Shown here: piece by piece, positions 13,601 to 29,800 of the stretch
Numbering within the stretch: position 1 is the first letter of the stretch
How the letters are laid out: every line of letters starts with the position of its first letter
NCBI GenBank assembly: GCA_964016885.1
Contig: OZ024742.1
Coordinates: 204,414,001 to 204,478,000 of the forward strand
Source of the DNA: Eledone cirrhosa
Taxonomy: Eukaryota
Direction of reading: 5' to 3'
DNA length: 64,000 nt
The notes under the pieces: model-generated
Database searches by the model: none
Told to the model about the DNA's origin: nothing
Seen by the model: the letters and a program-made list of their open reading frames with translations, nothing else
Position numbers and translations under genes: made by a program

Positions 13601-14749
13601 TGACGGGTGTAATGTCTGTTATGTATTGGTGTACTGTCACTGGTGTAATGACAGTTATGTATTGGTGTACTGTCACAGACTAGTTTAATGACTGTTAATG
13701 ATTGGTGTACTGTCACTGACAGGTGTAATGACTGTTATGTATTGGTGTACTGTCACTGGTCTAATGACTGTTATGTATTGGTGTACTGTCACTGACTGGT
13801 GTAATGACTGTTATGTATTGGTGTACTGTCACTGACTGGTGTAATGACTGTTATGTATTGGTGTACTGTCACTGGTGTAATGACAGTTATGTATTGGTGT
13901 ACTGTCACAGACTAGTTTAATGACTATTATGTATTGGTGTACTGTCACTGGTGTAATGACAGTTATGTATTGGTGTACTGTCACTGACTAGTTTAATGAC
14001 TGCTATGTATTGGTGTACTGTCACTGACTGGTGTAATGACTGTTATGTATTGGTGTACTGTCACTGGTGTAATGACTGTTATGTATTGGTGTACTGTCAC
14101 TGGTGTAATGACTGTTATGTATTGGTGTACTGTCACTGACTGGTGTAATGACTGTTATGTATTGGTGTACTGTCACTGGTGTAATGTCAGTTATGTATTG
14201 GTGTACTGTCTCTGGTGTAATGACTGTTATGTATTCGTGTACTGTCACTGGTGTAATGACTGTTATGTATTGCTGTACTGTCACAGACTGGTGTAATGAC
14301 TGTTATGTATTGGTGTACTGTCTCTGGTGTAATGACTGTAATGTATTGGTGTACTGACGATGGTGTAATGACTGCTATGTATTGGTGTACTGTATCCGGT
14401 GTAATGGCTGTTATGTATTGGTGTACTGTCTCTGCTGTAATGACTGTTATGTATTGGTGTACTGTCACTGACTGGTGTAATGACTGTTATGTATTGGTGT
14501 ACTGTCTCTGACTGGTGTAATGACTGTTATGTATTGGTGTACTGTCACTGACTGGTGTAATGACTGTTATGTATTGGTGTACTGTCTCTGACTGGTGTAA
14601 TGACTGTTATGTATTGGTGTACTGTCACTGACTGGTGTAATGACTGTTATGTATTGGAGTACTGTCACTGACTGGTGTAATGTCTGTTATGTATTGGTGT
14701 ACTGTCACTGGTGTAATGACAGTTATGTATTGGTGTACTGTCACAGACT

Positions 14750-17700
14750 GGTGTAATTACTGTTATGTATTGGTGTACTGTCACTGACTGGTGTAATGAC
14801 TGTTATGTATTGGTGTACTGTCTCCGACTGGTGTAATGAACGTTATGTATTGGTGTACTGTCACTGACTGGTGTAATGACTGTCATGTATTGGTGTACTG
14901 TCACTGACTGGTGTAATGACTGTTATGTATTGGTGTACTGTCACTGACTGGTGTAATGACTGTTATGTATTGGTGTACTGTCACTGACTGGTGTAATGAC
15001 TGTTATGTATTGGTGTACTGTCACTGACTGGTGTAATGTCTGTTATGTATTGGTGTACTGTCACTGGTATAATGACAGTTATGTATTGGTGTACTGTCAC
15101 AGACTAGTTTAATGACTGTTATGTATTGGTGTACTGTCACTGACAGGTGTAATGACTGTTATGTATTGGTGTACTGTCACTGGTGTAATGACTGTTATGC
15201 ATTGGTGTACTGTCACTGACTGGTGTAATGACTGTTATGTATTTGTGTACTGTCACTGGTGTAATGGCAGTTATGTATTGGTGTACTGTCACAGACTAGT
15301 TTAATGACTATTATGTATTGGTGTACTGTCACTCGTGTAATGACAGTTATGTATTGGTGTACTGAAACAGACTAGTTTAATGATTGTTATGTATTGGTGT
15401 ACTGTCACTGACTGGTGTAATGACTGTTATGTATTGGTGTACTGTCACTGACTAGTTTAATGACTGTTATGTATTGGTGTACTGTCACTGACTGGTGTAA
15501 TGACTGTTATGTATTGGTGTACTGTCACTGGTGTAATGACTGTTATGTATTGGTGTACTGTCACTGGTGTAATGACTGTTATGTATTGGTGTACTGTCAC
15601 TGACTGGTGTAATGACTGTTATGTATTGGTGTACTGTCACTGGTGTAATGTCAGTTATGTATTGGTGTACTGTCTCTGGTGTAATGACTGTTATGTATTC
15701 GTGTACTGTCACTGGTGTAATGACTGTTATGTATTGCTGTACTGTCACAGACTGGTGTAATGACTGTTATGTATTGGTGTACTGTCTCTGGTGTAATGAC
15801 TGTTATGTATTGGTACTGTCTCTGGTGTAATGACTGTTATGTATTGGTGTACTGTCACTGGTGTAATGACTGTTATGTATTGGTGTACTGTCACTGACTG
15901 GTGTAATGACTGTTATGTATTGGTGTACTGACACTGGTGTAATGACTGCTATGTATTGGTGTACTGTATCTGGTGTAATGGCTGTTATGTATTGGTGTAC
16001 TGTCTCTGCTGTAATGACTGTTATGTATTGGTGTACTGTCACTGACTGGTGTAATGACTGTTATGTATTGGTGTACTGTCTCTGACTGGTGTAATGACTG
16101 TTATGTATTGGTGTACTGTCACTGACTGGTGTAATGACTGTTATGTATTGGTGTACTGTCTCTGAGTGGTGTAATGACTGTTATGTATTGGTGTACTGTC
16201 ACTGACTGGTGTAATTACTGTTATGTATTGGTGTACTGTCACTGGTGTAATGACTGTTATGTATTGGTGTATTGTCTCTGGTGTAATGACTGTTATGTAT
16301 TGGTGTACTGTCTCTGCTGTAATGACTGTTATGTATTGGTGTACTGTCTCTGGTGTAATGACTGTTATGTATTGGTGTACTGTCACTGACTGGTGTAATG
16401 ACTGTTATGTATTGGTGTACTGTCTCCGACTGGTGTAATGAATGTTATGTATTGGTGTACTGTCACTGACTGGTGTAATGACTGTTATGTATTGGTGTAC
16501 TGTCACTGACTGGTGTAATGACTGTTATGTATTGGTGTACTGTCTCTGGTGTAATGACTGTTATGTATTGGTGTACTGTGACTGACTGGTGTAATGACTG
16601 TTATGTATTGGTGTACTGTCTCCGACTGGTGTAATGAACGTTATGTATTGGTGTACTGTCACTGACTGGTGTAATGACTGTCATGTATTGGTGTACTGTC
16701 ACTGACTGGTGTAATGACTGTTATGTATTGGTGTACTGTCACTGACTGGTGTAATGACTGTTATGTATTGGTGTACTGTCACTGACTGGTGTAATGACTG
16801 TTATGTATTGGTGTACTGTCACTGACTGGTGTAATGTCTGTTATGTATTGGTGTACTGTCACTGGTATAATGACAGTTATGTATTGGTGTACTGTCACAG
16901 ACTAGTTTAATGACTGTTATGTATTGGTGTACTGTCACTGACAGGTGTAATGACTGTTATGTATTGGTGTACTGTCACTGGTGTAATGACTGTTATGCAT
17001 TGGTGTACTGTCACTGACTGGTGTAATGACTGTTATGTATTTGTGTACTGTCACTGGTGTAATGGCAGTTATGTATTGGTGTACTGTCACAGACTAGTTT
17101 AATGACTATTATGTATTGGTGTACTGTCACTCGTGTAATGACAGTTATGTATTGGTGTACTGAAACAGACTAGTTTAATGATTGTTATGTATTGGTGTAC
17201 TGTCACTGACTGGTGTAATGACTGTTATGTATTGGTGTACTGTCACTGACTAGTTTAATGACTGTTATGTATTGGTGTACTGTCACTGACTGGTGTAATG
17301 ACTGTTATGTATTGGTGTACTGTCACTGGTGTAATGACTGTTATGTATTGGTGTACTGTCACTGGTGTAATGACTGTTATGTATTGGTGTACTGTCACTG
17401 ACTGGTGTAATTACTGTTATGTATTGGTGTACTGTCACTGACTGGTGTAATGACTGTTATGTATTGGTGTACTGTCTCCGACTGGTGTAATGAACGTTAT
17501 GTATTGGTGTACTGTCACTGACTGGTGTAATGACTGTCATGTATTGGTGTACTGTCACTGACTGGTGTAATGACTGTTATGTATTGGTGTACTGTCACTG
17601 ACTGGTGTAATGACTGTTATGTATTGGTGTACTGTCACTGACTGGTGTAATGACTGTTATGTATTGGTGTACTGTCACTGACTGGTGTAATGTCTGTTAT

Positions 17701-20700
17701 GTATTGGTGTACTGTCACTGGTATAATGACAGTTATGTATTGGTGTACTGTCACAGACTAGTTTAATGACTGTTATGTATTGGTGTACTGTCACTGACAG
17801 GTGTAATGACTGTTATGTATTGGTGTACTGTCACTGGTGTAATGACTGTTATGCATTGGTGTACTGTCACTGACTGGTGTAATGACTGTTATGTATTTGT
17901 GTACTGTCACTGGTGTAATGGCAGTTATGTATTGGTGTACTGTCACAGACTAGTTTAATGACTATTATGTATTGGTGTACTGTCACTCGTGTAATGACAG
18001 TTATGTATTGGTGTACTGAAACAGACTAGTTTAATGATTGTTATGTATTGGTGTACTGTCACTGACTGGTGTAATGACTGTTATGTATTGGTGTACTGTC
18101 ACTGACTAGTTTAATGACTGTTATGTATTGGTGTACTGTCACTGACTGGTGTAATGACTGTTATGTATTGGTGTACTGTCACTGGTGTAATGACTGTTAT
18201 GTATTGGTGTACTGTCACTGGTGTAATGACTGTTATGTATTGGTGTACTGTCACTGACTGGTGTAATGACTGTTATGTATTGGTGTACTGTCACTGGTGT
18301 AATGTCAGTTATGTATTGGTGTACTGTCTCTGGTGTAATGACTGTTATGTATTCGTGTACTGTCACTGGTGTAATGACTGTTATGTATTGCTGTACTGTC
18401 ACAGACTGGTGTAATGACTGTTATGTATTGGTGTACTGTCTCTGGTGTAATGACTGTTATGTATTGGTACTGTCTCTGGTGTAATGACTGTAATGTATTG
18501 GTGTACTGACACTGGTGTAATGACTGCTATGTATTGGTGTACTGTATCTGGTGTAATGGCTGTTATGTATTGGTGTACTGTCTCTGCTGTAATGACTGTT
18601 ATGTATTGGTGTACTGTCACTGACTGGTGTAATGACTGTTATGTATTGGTGTACTGTCTCTGACTGGTGTAATGACTGTTATGTATTGGTGTACTGTCAC
18701 TGACTGGTGTAATGACTGTTATGTATTGGTGTACTGTCTCTGAGTGGTGTAATGACTGTTATGTATTGGTGTACTGTCACTGACTGGTGTAATTACTGTT
18801 ATGTATTGGTGTACTGTCACTGGTGTAATGACTGTTATGTATTGGTGTATTGTCTCTGGTGTAATGACTGTTATGTATTGGTGTACTGTCTCTGCTGTAA
18901 TGACTGTTATGTATTGGTGTACTGTCTCTGGTGTAATGACTGTTATGTATTGGTGTACTGTCACTGACTGGTGTAATGACTGTTATGTATTGGTGTACTG
19001 TCTCCGACTGGTGTAATGAATGTTATGTATTGGTGTACTGTCACTGACTGGTGTAATGACTGTTATGTATTGGTGTACTGTCACTGACTGGTGTAATGAC
19101 TGTTATGTATTGGTGTACTGTCTCTGGTGTAATGACTGTTATGTATTGGTGTACTGTGACTGACTGGTGTAATGACTGTTATGTATTGGTGTACTGTCTC
19201 CGACTGGTGTAATGAACGTTATGTATTGGTGTACTGTCACTGACTGGTGTAATGACTGTCATGTATTGGTGTACTGTCACTGACTGGTGTAATGACTGTT
19301 ATGTATTGGTGTACTGTCACTGACTGGTGTAATGACTGTTATGTATTGGTGTACTGTCACTGACTGGTGTAATGACTGTTATGTATTGGTGTACTGTCAC
19401 TGACTGGTGTAATGTCTGTTATGTATTGGTGTACTGTCACTGGTATAATGACAGTTATGTATTGGTGTACTGTCACAGACTAGTTTAATGACTGTTATGT
19501 ATTGGTGTACTGTCACTGACAGGTGTAATGACTGTTATGTATTGGTGTACTGTCACTGGTGTAATGACTGTTATGCATTGGTGTACTGTCACTGACTGGT
19601 GTAATGACTGTTATGTATTTGTGTACTGTCACTGGTGTAATGGCAGTTATGTATTGGTGTACTGTCACAGACTAGTTTAATGACTATTATGTATTGGTGT
19701 ACTGTCACTCGTGTAATGACAGTTATGTATTGGTGTACTGAAACAGACTAGTTTAATGATTGTTATGTATTGGTGTACTGTCACTGACTGGTGTAATGAC
19801 TGTTATGTATTGGTGTACTGTCACTGACTAGTTTAATGACTGTTATGTATTGGTGTACTGTCACTGACTGGTGTAATGACTGTTATGTATTGGTGTACTG
19901 TCACTGGTGTAATGACTGTTATGTATTGGTGTACTGTCACTGGTGTAATGACTGTTATGTATTGGTGTACTGTCACTGACTGGTGTAATGACTGTTATGT
20001 ATTGGTGTACTGTCACTGGTGTAATGTCAGTTATGTATTGGTGTACTGTCTCTGGTGTAATGACTGTTATGTATTCGTGTACTGTCACTGGTGTAATGAC
20101 TGTTATGTATTGCTGTACTGTCACAGACTGGTGTAATGACTGTTATGTATTGGTGTACTGTCTCTGGTGTAATGACTGTTATGTATTGGTACTGTCTCTG
20201 GTGTAATGACTGTAATGTATTGGTGTACTGACACTGGTGTAATGACTGCTATGTATTGGTGTACTGTATCTGGTGTAATGGCTGTTATGTATTGGTGTAC
20301 TGTCTCTGCTGTAATGACTGTTATGTATTGGTGTACTGTCACTGACTGGTGTAATGACTGTTATGTATTGGTGTACTGTCTCTGACTGGTGTAATGACTG
20401 TTATGTATTGGTGTACTGTCACTGACTGGTGTAATGACTGTTATGTATTGGTGTACTGTCTCTGAGTGGTGTAATGACTGTTATGTATTGGTGTACTGTC
20501 ACTGACTGGTGTAATTACTGTTATGTATTGGTGTACTGTCACTGGTGTAATGACTGTTATGTATTGGTGTATTGTCTCTGGTGTAATGACTGTTATGTAT
20601 TGGTGTACTGTCTCTGCTGTAATGACTGTTATGTATTGGTGTACTGTCTCTGGTGTAATGACTGTTATGTATTGGTGTACTGTCACTGACTGGTGTAATG

Positions 20701-20870
20701 ACTGTTATGTATTGGTGTACTGTCTCCGACTGGTGTAATGAATGTTATGTATTGGTGTACTGTCACTGACTGGTGTAATGACTGTTATGTATTGGTGTAC
20801 TGTCACTGACTGGTGTAATGACTGTTATGTATTGGTGTACTGTCTCTGGTGTAATGACTGTTATGTATTG
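14750..20870 (+). repeat. Tandem higher-order repeat of ~1.72-1.80 kb units with one 856-bp partial unit
   Basis: The marker CCGACTGGTGTAATGAACG, followed by ACTGTCATG and GGTATAATG, occurs at 14824, 16622, 17478 and 19200 (spacings 1798, 856, 1722). ORFs 18139/19861 and 18719/20441 are 1722 bp apart. Confidence 0.88.
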
Positions 20871-23800
20871 GTGTACCGTCACTGACTGGTTTAATGACTG
20901 TTATGTATTGGTGTACTGTCACTGACTGGTGTAATGACTGTTATGTATTGGTGTACTGTCACTGGTGTAATGACTGTTATGTATTGGTGTACTGTCACTG
21001 GTGTAATGACAGTTATGTATTGGTGTACTGTCACAGACTAGTTTAATGACTGTTATGTATTGGTGTACTTTCACTGACAGGTGTAATGACTGTTATGTAT
21101 TGGTGTACTGTCACTGGTGTAATGACTGTTATGTATTGGTGTACCGTCACTGACTGGTGTAATGACTGTTATGTATTGGTGTACTGTCACTGACTGGTGT
21201 AATGACTGTTATGTATTGGTGTACTGTCACTGGTGTAATGACAGTTATGTATTGGTGTACTGTCACAGACTAGTTTAATGACTATTATGTATTGGTGTAC
21301 TGTCACTGGTGTAATGACAGTTATGTATTGGTGTACTGAAACAGACTAGTTTAATGACTGTTATGTATTGGTGTACTGTCACTGACTGGTGTAATGACTG
21401 TTATGTATTGGTGTACTGTCACTGACTAGTTTAATGACTGTTATGTATTGGTGTACTGTCACTGACTGGTGTAATGACTGTTATGTATTGGTGTACTGTC
21501 ACTGACTGGTGTAATTACTGTTATGTATTGGTGTACTGTCACTTGTGTAATGACTGTTATGTATTGGTGTACTGTCACTGACTGGTGTAATGACTGTTAT
21601 GTATTGGAGTACTGTCACTGGTGTAATGACAGTTATGTATTGGTGTACTGTCACTGGTGTAATGACTGTTATGTATTGGTGTACTGTCACAGACCAGTTT
21701 AATGACTGTTATGTATTGGTGTACTGTCAATGACTGGTGTAATGAGTGTTATGTATTGTTGTACTGTCACTGACTAGTTTAATGACTGTTAAGTATGGGT
21801 GTACTGTCACAGACTGGTGTAATGACTGTTATGTATTGGTGTACTGTCACTGACTGGTGTAATGACTGTTATGTATTGGTGTACTGTCACTGGTGTAATG
21901 ACTGTTATGTATTGGTGTATTGTCTCTGGTGTAATGACTGTTATGTATTGGTGTACTGTCACTGACTGGTGTAATGACTGTTATGTATTGGTGTACTGTC
22001 TCTGACTGGTGTAATGACTCTTATGTATTGGTGTACTGTCACGGACTGGTGTAATGACTGTTATCTATTGGTGTACTGTCACTGGTGTAATGACTGTTAT
22101 GTATTGGTGTACTGTGACTGACTGGTGTAATGACTGTTATGTATTGGTGTACTGTCACTGACTGGTGTAATGACTGTTATGTATTGGTGCACTGTCACTG
22201 ACTGGTGTAATGACTATTATGTATTGGTGTACTGTCACTGACTGGTGTAATGACTGTTATGTATTGGTGTACTGTCGTTGACTGGTGTAATGACTGTTAT
22301 GTATTGGTGTACTGTCTGTGACTGGTGTAATGACTGTTATGTATTGGTGTACTGTCACTGACTGGTGTAATGACTGTTATGTATTGGTGTATTGTCTCTC
22401 GTGTAATGACTGTTATGTATTGGTGTACTGTCACTGACTGGTGTAATGACTGTTATGTATTGGTGTACTGTCACTGGTGTAATGACTGTTATGTATTGGT
22501 GTACTGTCACTGACTGGTGTAATGACTGTTATGTATTGGTGTATTGTCTCTGGTGTAATGACTGTTATGTATTGGTGTACTGTCACTGACTGGTGTAATG
22601 ACTGTTATGTATTGGTGTACTGTCACTGCTGTAATGACTGTTATGTATAGGTGTACTGTCTCTGATGTAATGACTGTTATGTATTGATGTACTGTCACTG
22701 ACTGGTGTAATGACTGTTATGTATTGGTGTACTGTCACTGGTGTAATGACTGTTATGTATTGGTGTACTGTCACTGGTGTAATGACTGTTATGTATTTGT
22801 GTACTGTCACTGGTGAAATGACTGTTATGTATTGGTGTACTGTCTCTGGTGTAATGACTGTTATTTATTGGTGTACTGTCACTGGTGTAATGACTGTTAT
22901 GTATTGGTGTACTGTCACTGACTGGTGTAATGACTGTTATGTATTGGTGTACTGTCACTGACTGGTGTAATGACTGTGATGTATTGGTGTACTGTCACTG
23001 GTGTAATGACAGTTATGTATTGGTGTACTGTCACAGGCTAGTTTAATGACTATTATGTATTGGTGTACTGTCACTGGTGTAATGACAGTTATGTATTGGT
23101 ATACTGTCACTGACTGGCGTAATGACTGTTATGTATTGGTGTACTGTCACTGACTGGTGTAATGACTGTTATGTATTGGTGTACTGTCACTGACTGGTTT
23201 AATGACTGTTACGTATTGGTGTATTGTCTCTGGTGTAATGACTGTTATGTATTGGTGTACTGTCTCTGCTGTAATGACTGTTATGTATTGGTGTACTGTC
23301 ACTGACTGGTGTAATGACTGTTATATATTGGTGTACTGTCTCTGACTGGTCTAATGACTGTTATGTATTGGTGTACTGTCACTGACTGGTGTAATGACTG
23401 TTATGTATTCGTGTACTGTCACTGGTGTAATGACTGTTATGTATTGCTGTACTGTCACAGACTGGTGTAATGACTGTTATGTATTGGTGTACTGTCTCTG
23501 GTGTAATGACTGTTATGTATTGGTGTACTGACGATGGTGTAATGACTGTTATGTATTGGTGTACTGTATCTGGTGTAATGGCTGTTATGTATTGGTGTAC
23601 TGTCTCTGCTGTAATGACTGTTATGTATTGGTGTACTGTCACTGACTGGTGTAATGACTGTTATGTATTGGTGTACTGTCTCTGACTGGTGTAATGACTG
23701 TTATGTATTGGTGTACTGTCACTGACTGGTGTAATGACTGTTATGTATTGGTGTACTGTCTCTGACTGGTTTAATGACTGTTATGTATTGGTGTACTGTC

Positions 23801-26800
23801 ACAGACTGGTGTAATTACTGTTATGTATTGGTGTACTGTCACTGACTGGTGTAATGACTGTTATGTATTGGTGTATTGTCTCTGGTGTAATGACTGTTAT
23901 GTATTGGTGTACTGTCTCTGCTGTAATGACCGTTATGTATTGGTGTACTGTCACTGACTGGTGTAATGACTGTTATGTATTGGTGTATTGTCTCTGGTGT
24001 AATGACTGTTATGTATTGGTGTACTGTCTCTGCTGTAATGACTGTTATGTATTGGTGTACTGTCACTGACTGGTGTAATGACTGTTATGTATTGGTGTAC
24101 TGTCACTGACTGGTTTAATGACTGTTATGTATTGGTGTACTGTCTCCGACTGGTGTAATGAACGTTATGTATTGGTGTACTGTCACTGACTGGTGTAATG
24201 ACTGTTATGTATTGGTGTACTGTCACTGACTGGTGTAATGACTGTTATGTATTGGTGCACTGTCACTAACTGGTGTAATGACTGTTATGTATTGGTGTAC
24301 TGTCACTGACTGGTGTAATGACAGTTATGTATTGGTGTACTGTCACAGACTAGTTTAATGACTGTTATGTATTGGTGTACTGTCACTGACAGGTGTAATG
24401 ACTGTTATGTATTGGTGTACTGTCACTGGTGTAATGACTATTATGCATTGGTGTACTGCCACTGACTGGTGTAATGACTGTTATGTATTGGTGTACTGTC
24501 ACTGGTGTAATGGCAGTTATGTATTGGTGTACTGTCACAGACTAGTTTAATGACTATTATGTATTGGTGTACTGTCACTCGTGTAATAACAGTTATGTAT
24601 TGGTGTACTGAAACAGACTAGTTTAATGATTGTTATGTATTGGTGTACTGTCACTGACTGGTGTAATGACTGTTATGTATTGGTGTACTGTCACTGAATA
24701 GTTTAATGACTGTTATGTATTGGTGTACTGTCACTGACTGGTGTAATGACTGTTATGTATTGGTGTACTGTCACTGGTGTAATGACTGTTATGTATTGGT
24801 GTACTGTCACTGGTGTAATGACTGTTATGTATTGGTGTACCGTCACTGAGTGGTGTAATGACTGTTATGTATTGGTGTACTGTCACTGGTGTAATGTCAG
24901 TTATGTATTGGTGTACTGTCTCTGGTGTAATGACTGTTATGTATTCGTGTACTGTCACTGGTGTAATGACTGTTATGTATTGCTGTACTGTCACAGACTG
25001 GTGTAATGACTGTTATGTATTGGTGTACTGTCTCTGGTGTAATGACTGTTATGTATTGGTACTGTCTCTGGTGTAATGACTGTAATGTATTGGTGTACTG
25101 ACACTGGTGTAATGACTGCTATGTATTGGTGTACTGTATCTGGTGTAATGGCTGTTATGTATTGGTGTACTGTCTCTGCTGTAATGACTGCTATGTATTG
25201 GTGTACTGTCACTGACTGGTGTAATGACTGTTATGTATTGGTGTACTGTCACTGGTGTAATGACTGTTATGTATTGGTGTACTGTCACTGGTGTAATGAC
25301 TGTTATGTATTGGTGTACTGTCACTGACTGGTGTAATGACTGTTATGTATTGGTGTACTGTCACTGGTGTAATGTCAGTTATGTATTGGTGTACTGTCTC
25401 TGGTGTAATGACTGTTATGTATTCGTGTACTGTCACTGGTGTAATGACTGTTATGTATTGCTGTACTGTCACAGACTGGTGTAATGACTGTTATGTATTT
25501 GTGTACTGTCTCTGGTGTAATGACTGTTATGTATTGGTGTACTGACGATGGTGTAATGACTGTTATGTATTGGTGTACTGTATCTGGTGTAATGGCTGTT
25601 ATGTATTGGTGTACTGTCTCTGCTGTAATGACTGTTATGTATTGGTGTACTGTCACTGACTGGTGTAATGACTGTTATGTATTGGTGTACTGTCTCTGAC
25701 TGGTGTAATGACTGTTATGTATTGGTGTACTGTCACTGACTGGTGTAATGACTGTTATGTATTGGTGTACTGTCTCTGACTGGTTTAATGACTGTTATGT
25801 ATTGGTGTACTGTCACTGACTGGTGTAATGACTGTTATGTATTGGTGTACTGTCACTGACTGGTGTAATGTCTGTTATGCATTGGTGTACTGTCACTGGT
25901 GTAATGACAGTTATGTATTGGTGTACTGTCACAGACTGGTGTAATTACTGTTATGTATTGGTGTACTGTCACTGACTGGTGTAATGACTGTTATGTATTG
26001 GTGTATTGTCTCTGGTGTAATGACTGTTATGTATTGGTGTACTGTCTCTGCTGTAATGACCGTTATGTATTGGTGTACTGTCACTGACTGGTGTAATGAC
26101 TGTTATGTATTGGTGTATTGTCTCTGGTGTAATGACTGTTATGTATTGGTGTACTGTCTCTGCTGTAATGACTGTTATGTATTGGTGTACTGTCACTGAC
26201 TGGTGTAATGACTGTTATGTATTGGTGTACTGTCACTGACTGGTGTAATGACTGTTATGTATTGGTGTACTGTCTCCGACTGGTGTAATGAACGTTATGT
26301 ATTGGTGTACTGTCACTGACTGGTGTAATGACTGTTATGTATTGGTGTACTGTCACTGACTGGTGTAATGACTGTTATGTATTGGTGTACTGTCACTGAC
26401 TGGTGTAATGACAGTTATGTATTGGTGTACTGTCACAGACTAGTTTAATGACTGTTATGTATTGGTGTACTGTCACTGACAGGTGTAATGACTGTTATGT
26501 ATTGGTGTACTGTCACTGGTGTAATGACTATTATGCATTGGTGTACTGTCACTGACTGGTGTAATGACTGTTATGTATTGGTGTACTGTCACTGGTGTAA
26601 TGGCAGTTATGTATTGGTGTACTGTCACAGACTAGTTTAATGACTATTATGTATTGGTGTACTGTCACTCGTGTAATAACAGTTATGTATTGGTGTACTG
26701 AAACAGACTAGTTTAATGATTGTTATGTATTGGTGTACTGTCACTGACTGGTGTAATGACTGTTATGTATTGGTGTACTGTCACTGAATAGTTTAATGAC

Positions 26801-29800
26801 TGTTATGTATTGGTGTACTGTCACTGACTGGTGTAATGACTGTTATGTATTGGTGTACTGTCACTGGTGTAATGACTGTTATGTATTGGTGTACTGTCAC
26901 TGGTGTAATGATTGTTATGTATTGGTGTACTGTCACTGAGTGGTGTAATGACTGTTATGTATTGGTGTACTGTCACTGGTGTAATGTCAGTTATGTATTG
27001 GTGTACTGTCTCTGGTGTAATGACTGTTATGTATTCGTGTACTGTCACTGGTGTAATGACTGTTATGTATTGCTGTACTGTCACAGACTGGTGTAATGAC
27101 TGTTATGTATTGGTGTACTGTCTCTGGTGTAATGACTGTTATGTATTGGTACTGTCTCTGGTGTAATGACTGTAATGTATTGGTGTACTGACACTGGTGT
27201 AATGACTGCTATGTATTGGTGTACTGTATCTGGTGTAATGGCTGTTATGTATTGGTGTACTGTCTCTGCTGTAATGACTGTTATGTATTGGTGTACTGTC
27301 ACTGACTGGTGTAATGACTGTTATGTATTGGTGTACTGTCTCTGACTGGTGTAATGACTGTTATGTATTGGTGTACTGTCACTGACTGGTGTAATGACTG
27401 TTATGTATTGGTGTACTGTCTCTGACTGGTGTAATGACTGTTATGTATTGGTGTACTGTCACTGACTGGTGTAATTACTGTTATGTATTGGTGTACTGTC
27501 ACTGGTGTAATGACTGTTATGTATTGGTGTATTGTCTCTGGTGTAATGACTGTTATGTATTGGTGTACTGTCTCTGCTGTAATGACTGTTATGTATTGGT
27601 GTACTGTCTCTGGTGTAATGACTGTTATGTATTGGTGTACTGTCACTGACTGGTGTAATGACTGTTATGTATTGGTGTACTGTCTCCGACTGGTGTAATG
27701 AATGTTATGTATTGGTGTACTGTCACTGACTGGTGTAATGACTGTTATGTATTGGTGTACTGTCACTGACTGGTGTAATGACTGTTATGTATTGGTGTAC
27801 TGTCTCTGGTGTAATGACTGTTATGTATTGGTGTACTGTGACTGACTGGTGTAATGACTGTTATGTATTGGTGTACTGTCTCCGACTGGTGTAATGAACG
27901 TTATGTATTGGTGTACTGTCACTGACTGGTGTAATGACTGTCATGTATTGGTGTACTGTCACTGACTGGTGTAATGACTGTTATGTATTGGTGTACTGTC
28001 ACTGACTGGTGTAATGACTGTTATGTATTGGTGTACTGTCACTGACTGGTGTAATGACTGTTATGTATTGGTGTACTGTCACTGACTGGTGTAATGTCTG
28101 TTATGTATTGGTGTACTGTCACTGGTATAATGACAGTTATGTATTGGTGTACTGTCACAGACTAGTTTAATGACTGTTATGTATTGGTGTACTGTCACTG
28201 ACAGGTGTAATGACTGTTATGTATTGTTGTACTGTCACTGGTGTAATGACTGTTATGCATTGGTGTACTGTCACTGACTGGTGTAATGACTGTTATGTAT
28301 TTGTGTACTGTCACTGGTGTAATGGCAGTTATGTATTGGTGTACTGTCACAGACTAGTTTAATGACTATTATGTATTGGTGTACTGTCACTCGTGTAATG
28401 ACAGTTTTGTATTGGTGTACTGAAACAGACTAGTTTAATGATTGTTATGTATTGGTGTACTGTCACTGACTGGTGTAATGACTGTTATGTATTGGTGTAC
28501 TGTCACTGACTAGTTTAATGACTGTTATGTATTGGTGTACTGTCACTGACTGGTGTAATGACTGTTATGTATTGGTGTACTGTCACTGGTGTAATGACTG
28601 TTATGTATTGGTGTACTGTCACTGGTGTAATGACTGTTATGTATTGGTGTACTGTCACTGACTGGTGTAATGACTGTTATGTATTGGTGTACTGTCACTG
28701 GTGTAATGTCAGTTATGTATTGGTGTACTGTCTCTGGTGTAATGACTGTTATGTATTCGTGTACTGTCACTGGTGTAATGACTGTTATGTATTGCTGTAC
28801 TGTCACAGACTGGTGTAATGACTGTTATGTATTGGTGTACTGTCTCTGGTGTAATGACTGTTATGTATTGGTACTGTCTCTGGTGTAATGACTGTAATGT
28901 ATTGGTGTACTGACACTGGTGTAATGACTGCTATGTATTGGTGTACTGTATCTGGTGTAATGGCTGTTATGTATTGGTGTACTGTCTCTGCTGTAATGAC
29001 TGTTATGTATTGGTGTACTGTCACTGACTGGTGTAATGACTGTTATGTATTGGTGTACTGTCTCTGACTGGTGTAATGACTGTTATGTATTGGTGTACTG
29101 TCACTGACTGGTGTAATGACTGTTATGTATTGGTGTACTGTCTCTGAGTGGTGTAATGACTGTTATGTATTGGTGTACTGTCACTGACTGGTGTAATTAC
29201 TGTTATGTATTGGTGTACTGTCACTGGTGTAATGACTGTTATGTATTGGTGTATTGTCTCTGGTGTAATGACTGTTATGTATTGGTGTACTGTCTCTGCT
29301 GTAATGACTGTTATGTATTGGTGTACTGTCTCTGGTGTAATGACTGTTATGTATTGGTGTACTGTCACTGACTGGTGTAATGACTGTTATGTATTGGTGT
29401 ACTGTCTCCGACTGGTGTAATGAATGTTATGTATTGGTGTACTGTCACTGACTGGTGTAATGACTGTTATGTATTGGTGTACTGTCACTGACTGGTGTAA
29501 TGACTGTTATGTATTGGTGTACTGTCTCTGGTGTAATGACTGTTATGTATTGGTGTACCGTCACTGACTGGTTTAATGACTGTTATGTATTGGTGTACTG
29601 TCACTGACTGGTGTAATGACTGTTATGTATTGGTGTACTGTCACTGGTGTAATGACTGTTATGTATTGGTGTACTGTCACTGGTGTAATGACAGTTATGT
29701 ATTGGTGTACTGTCACAGACTAGTTTAATGACTGTTATGTATTGGTGTACTCTCACTGACAGGTGTAATGACTGTTATGTATTGGTGTACTGTCACTGGT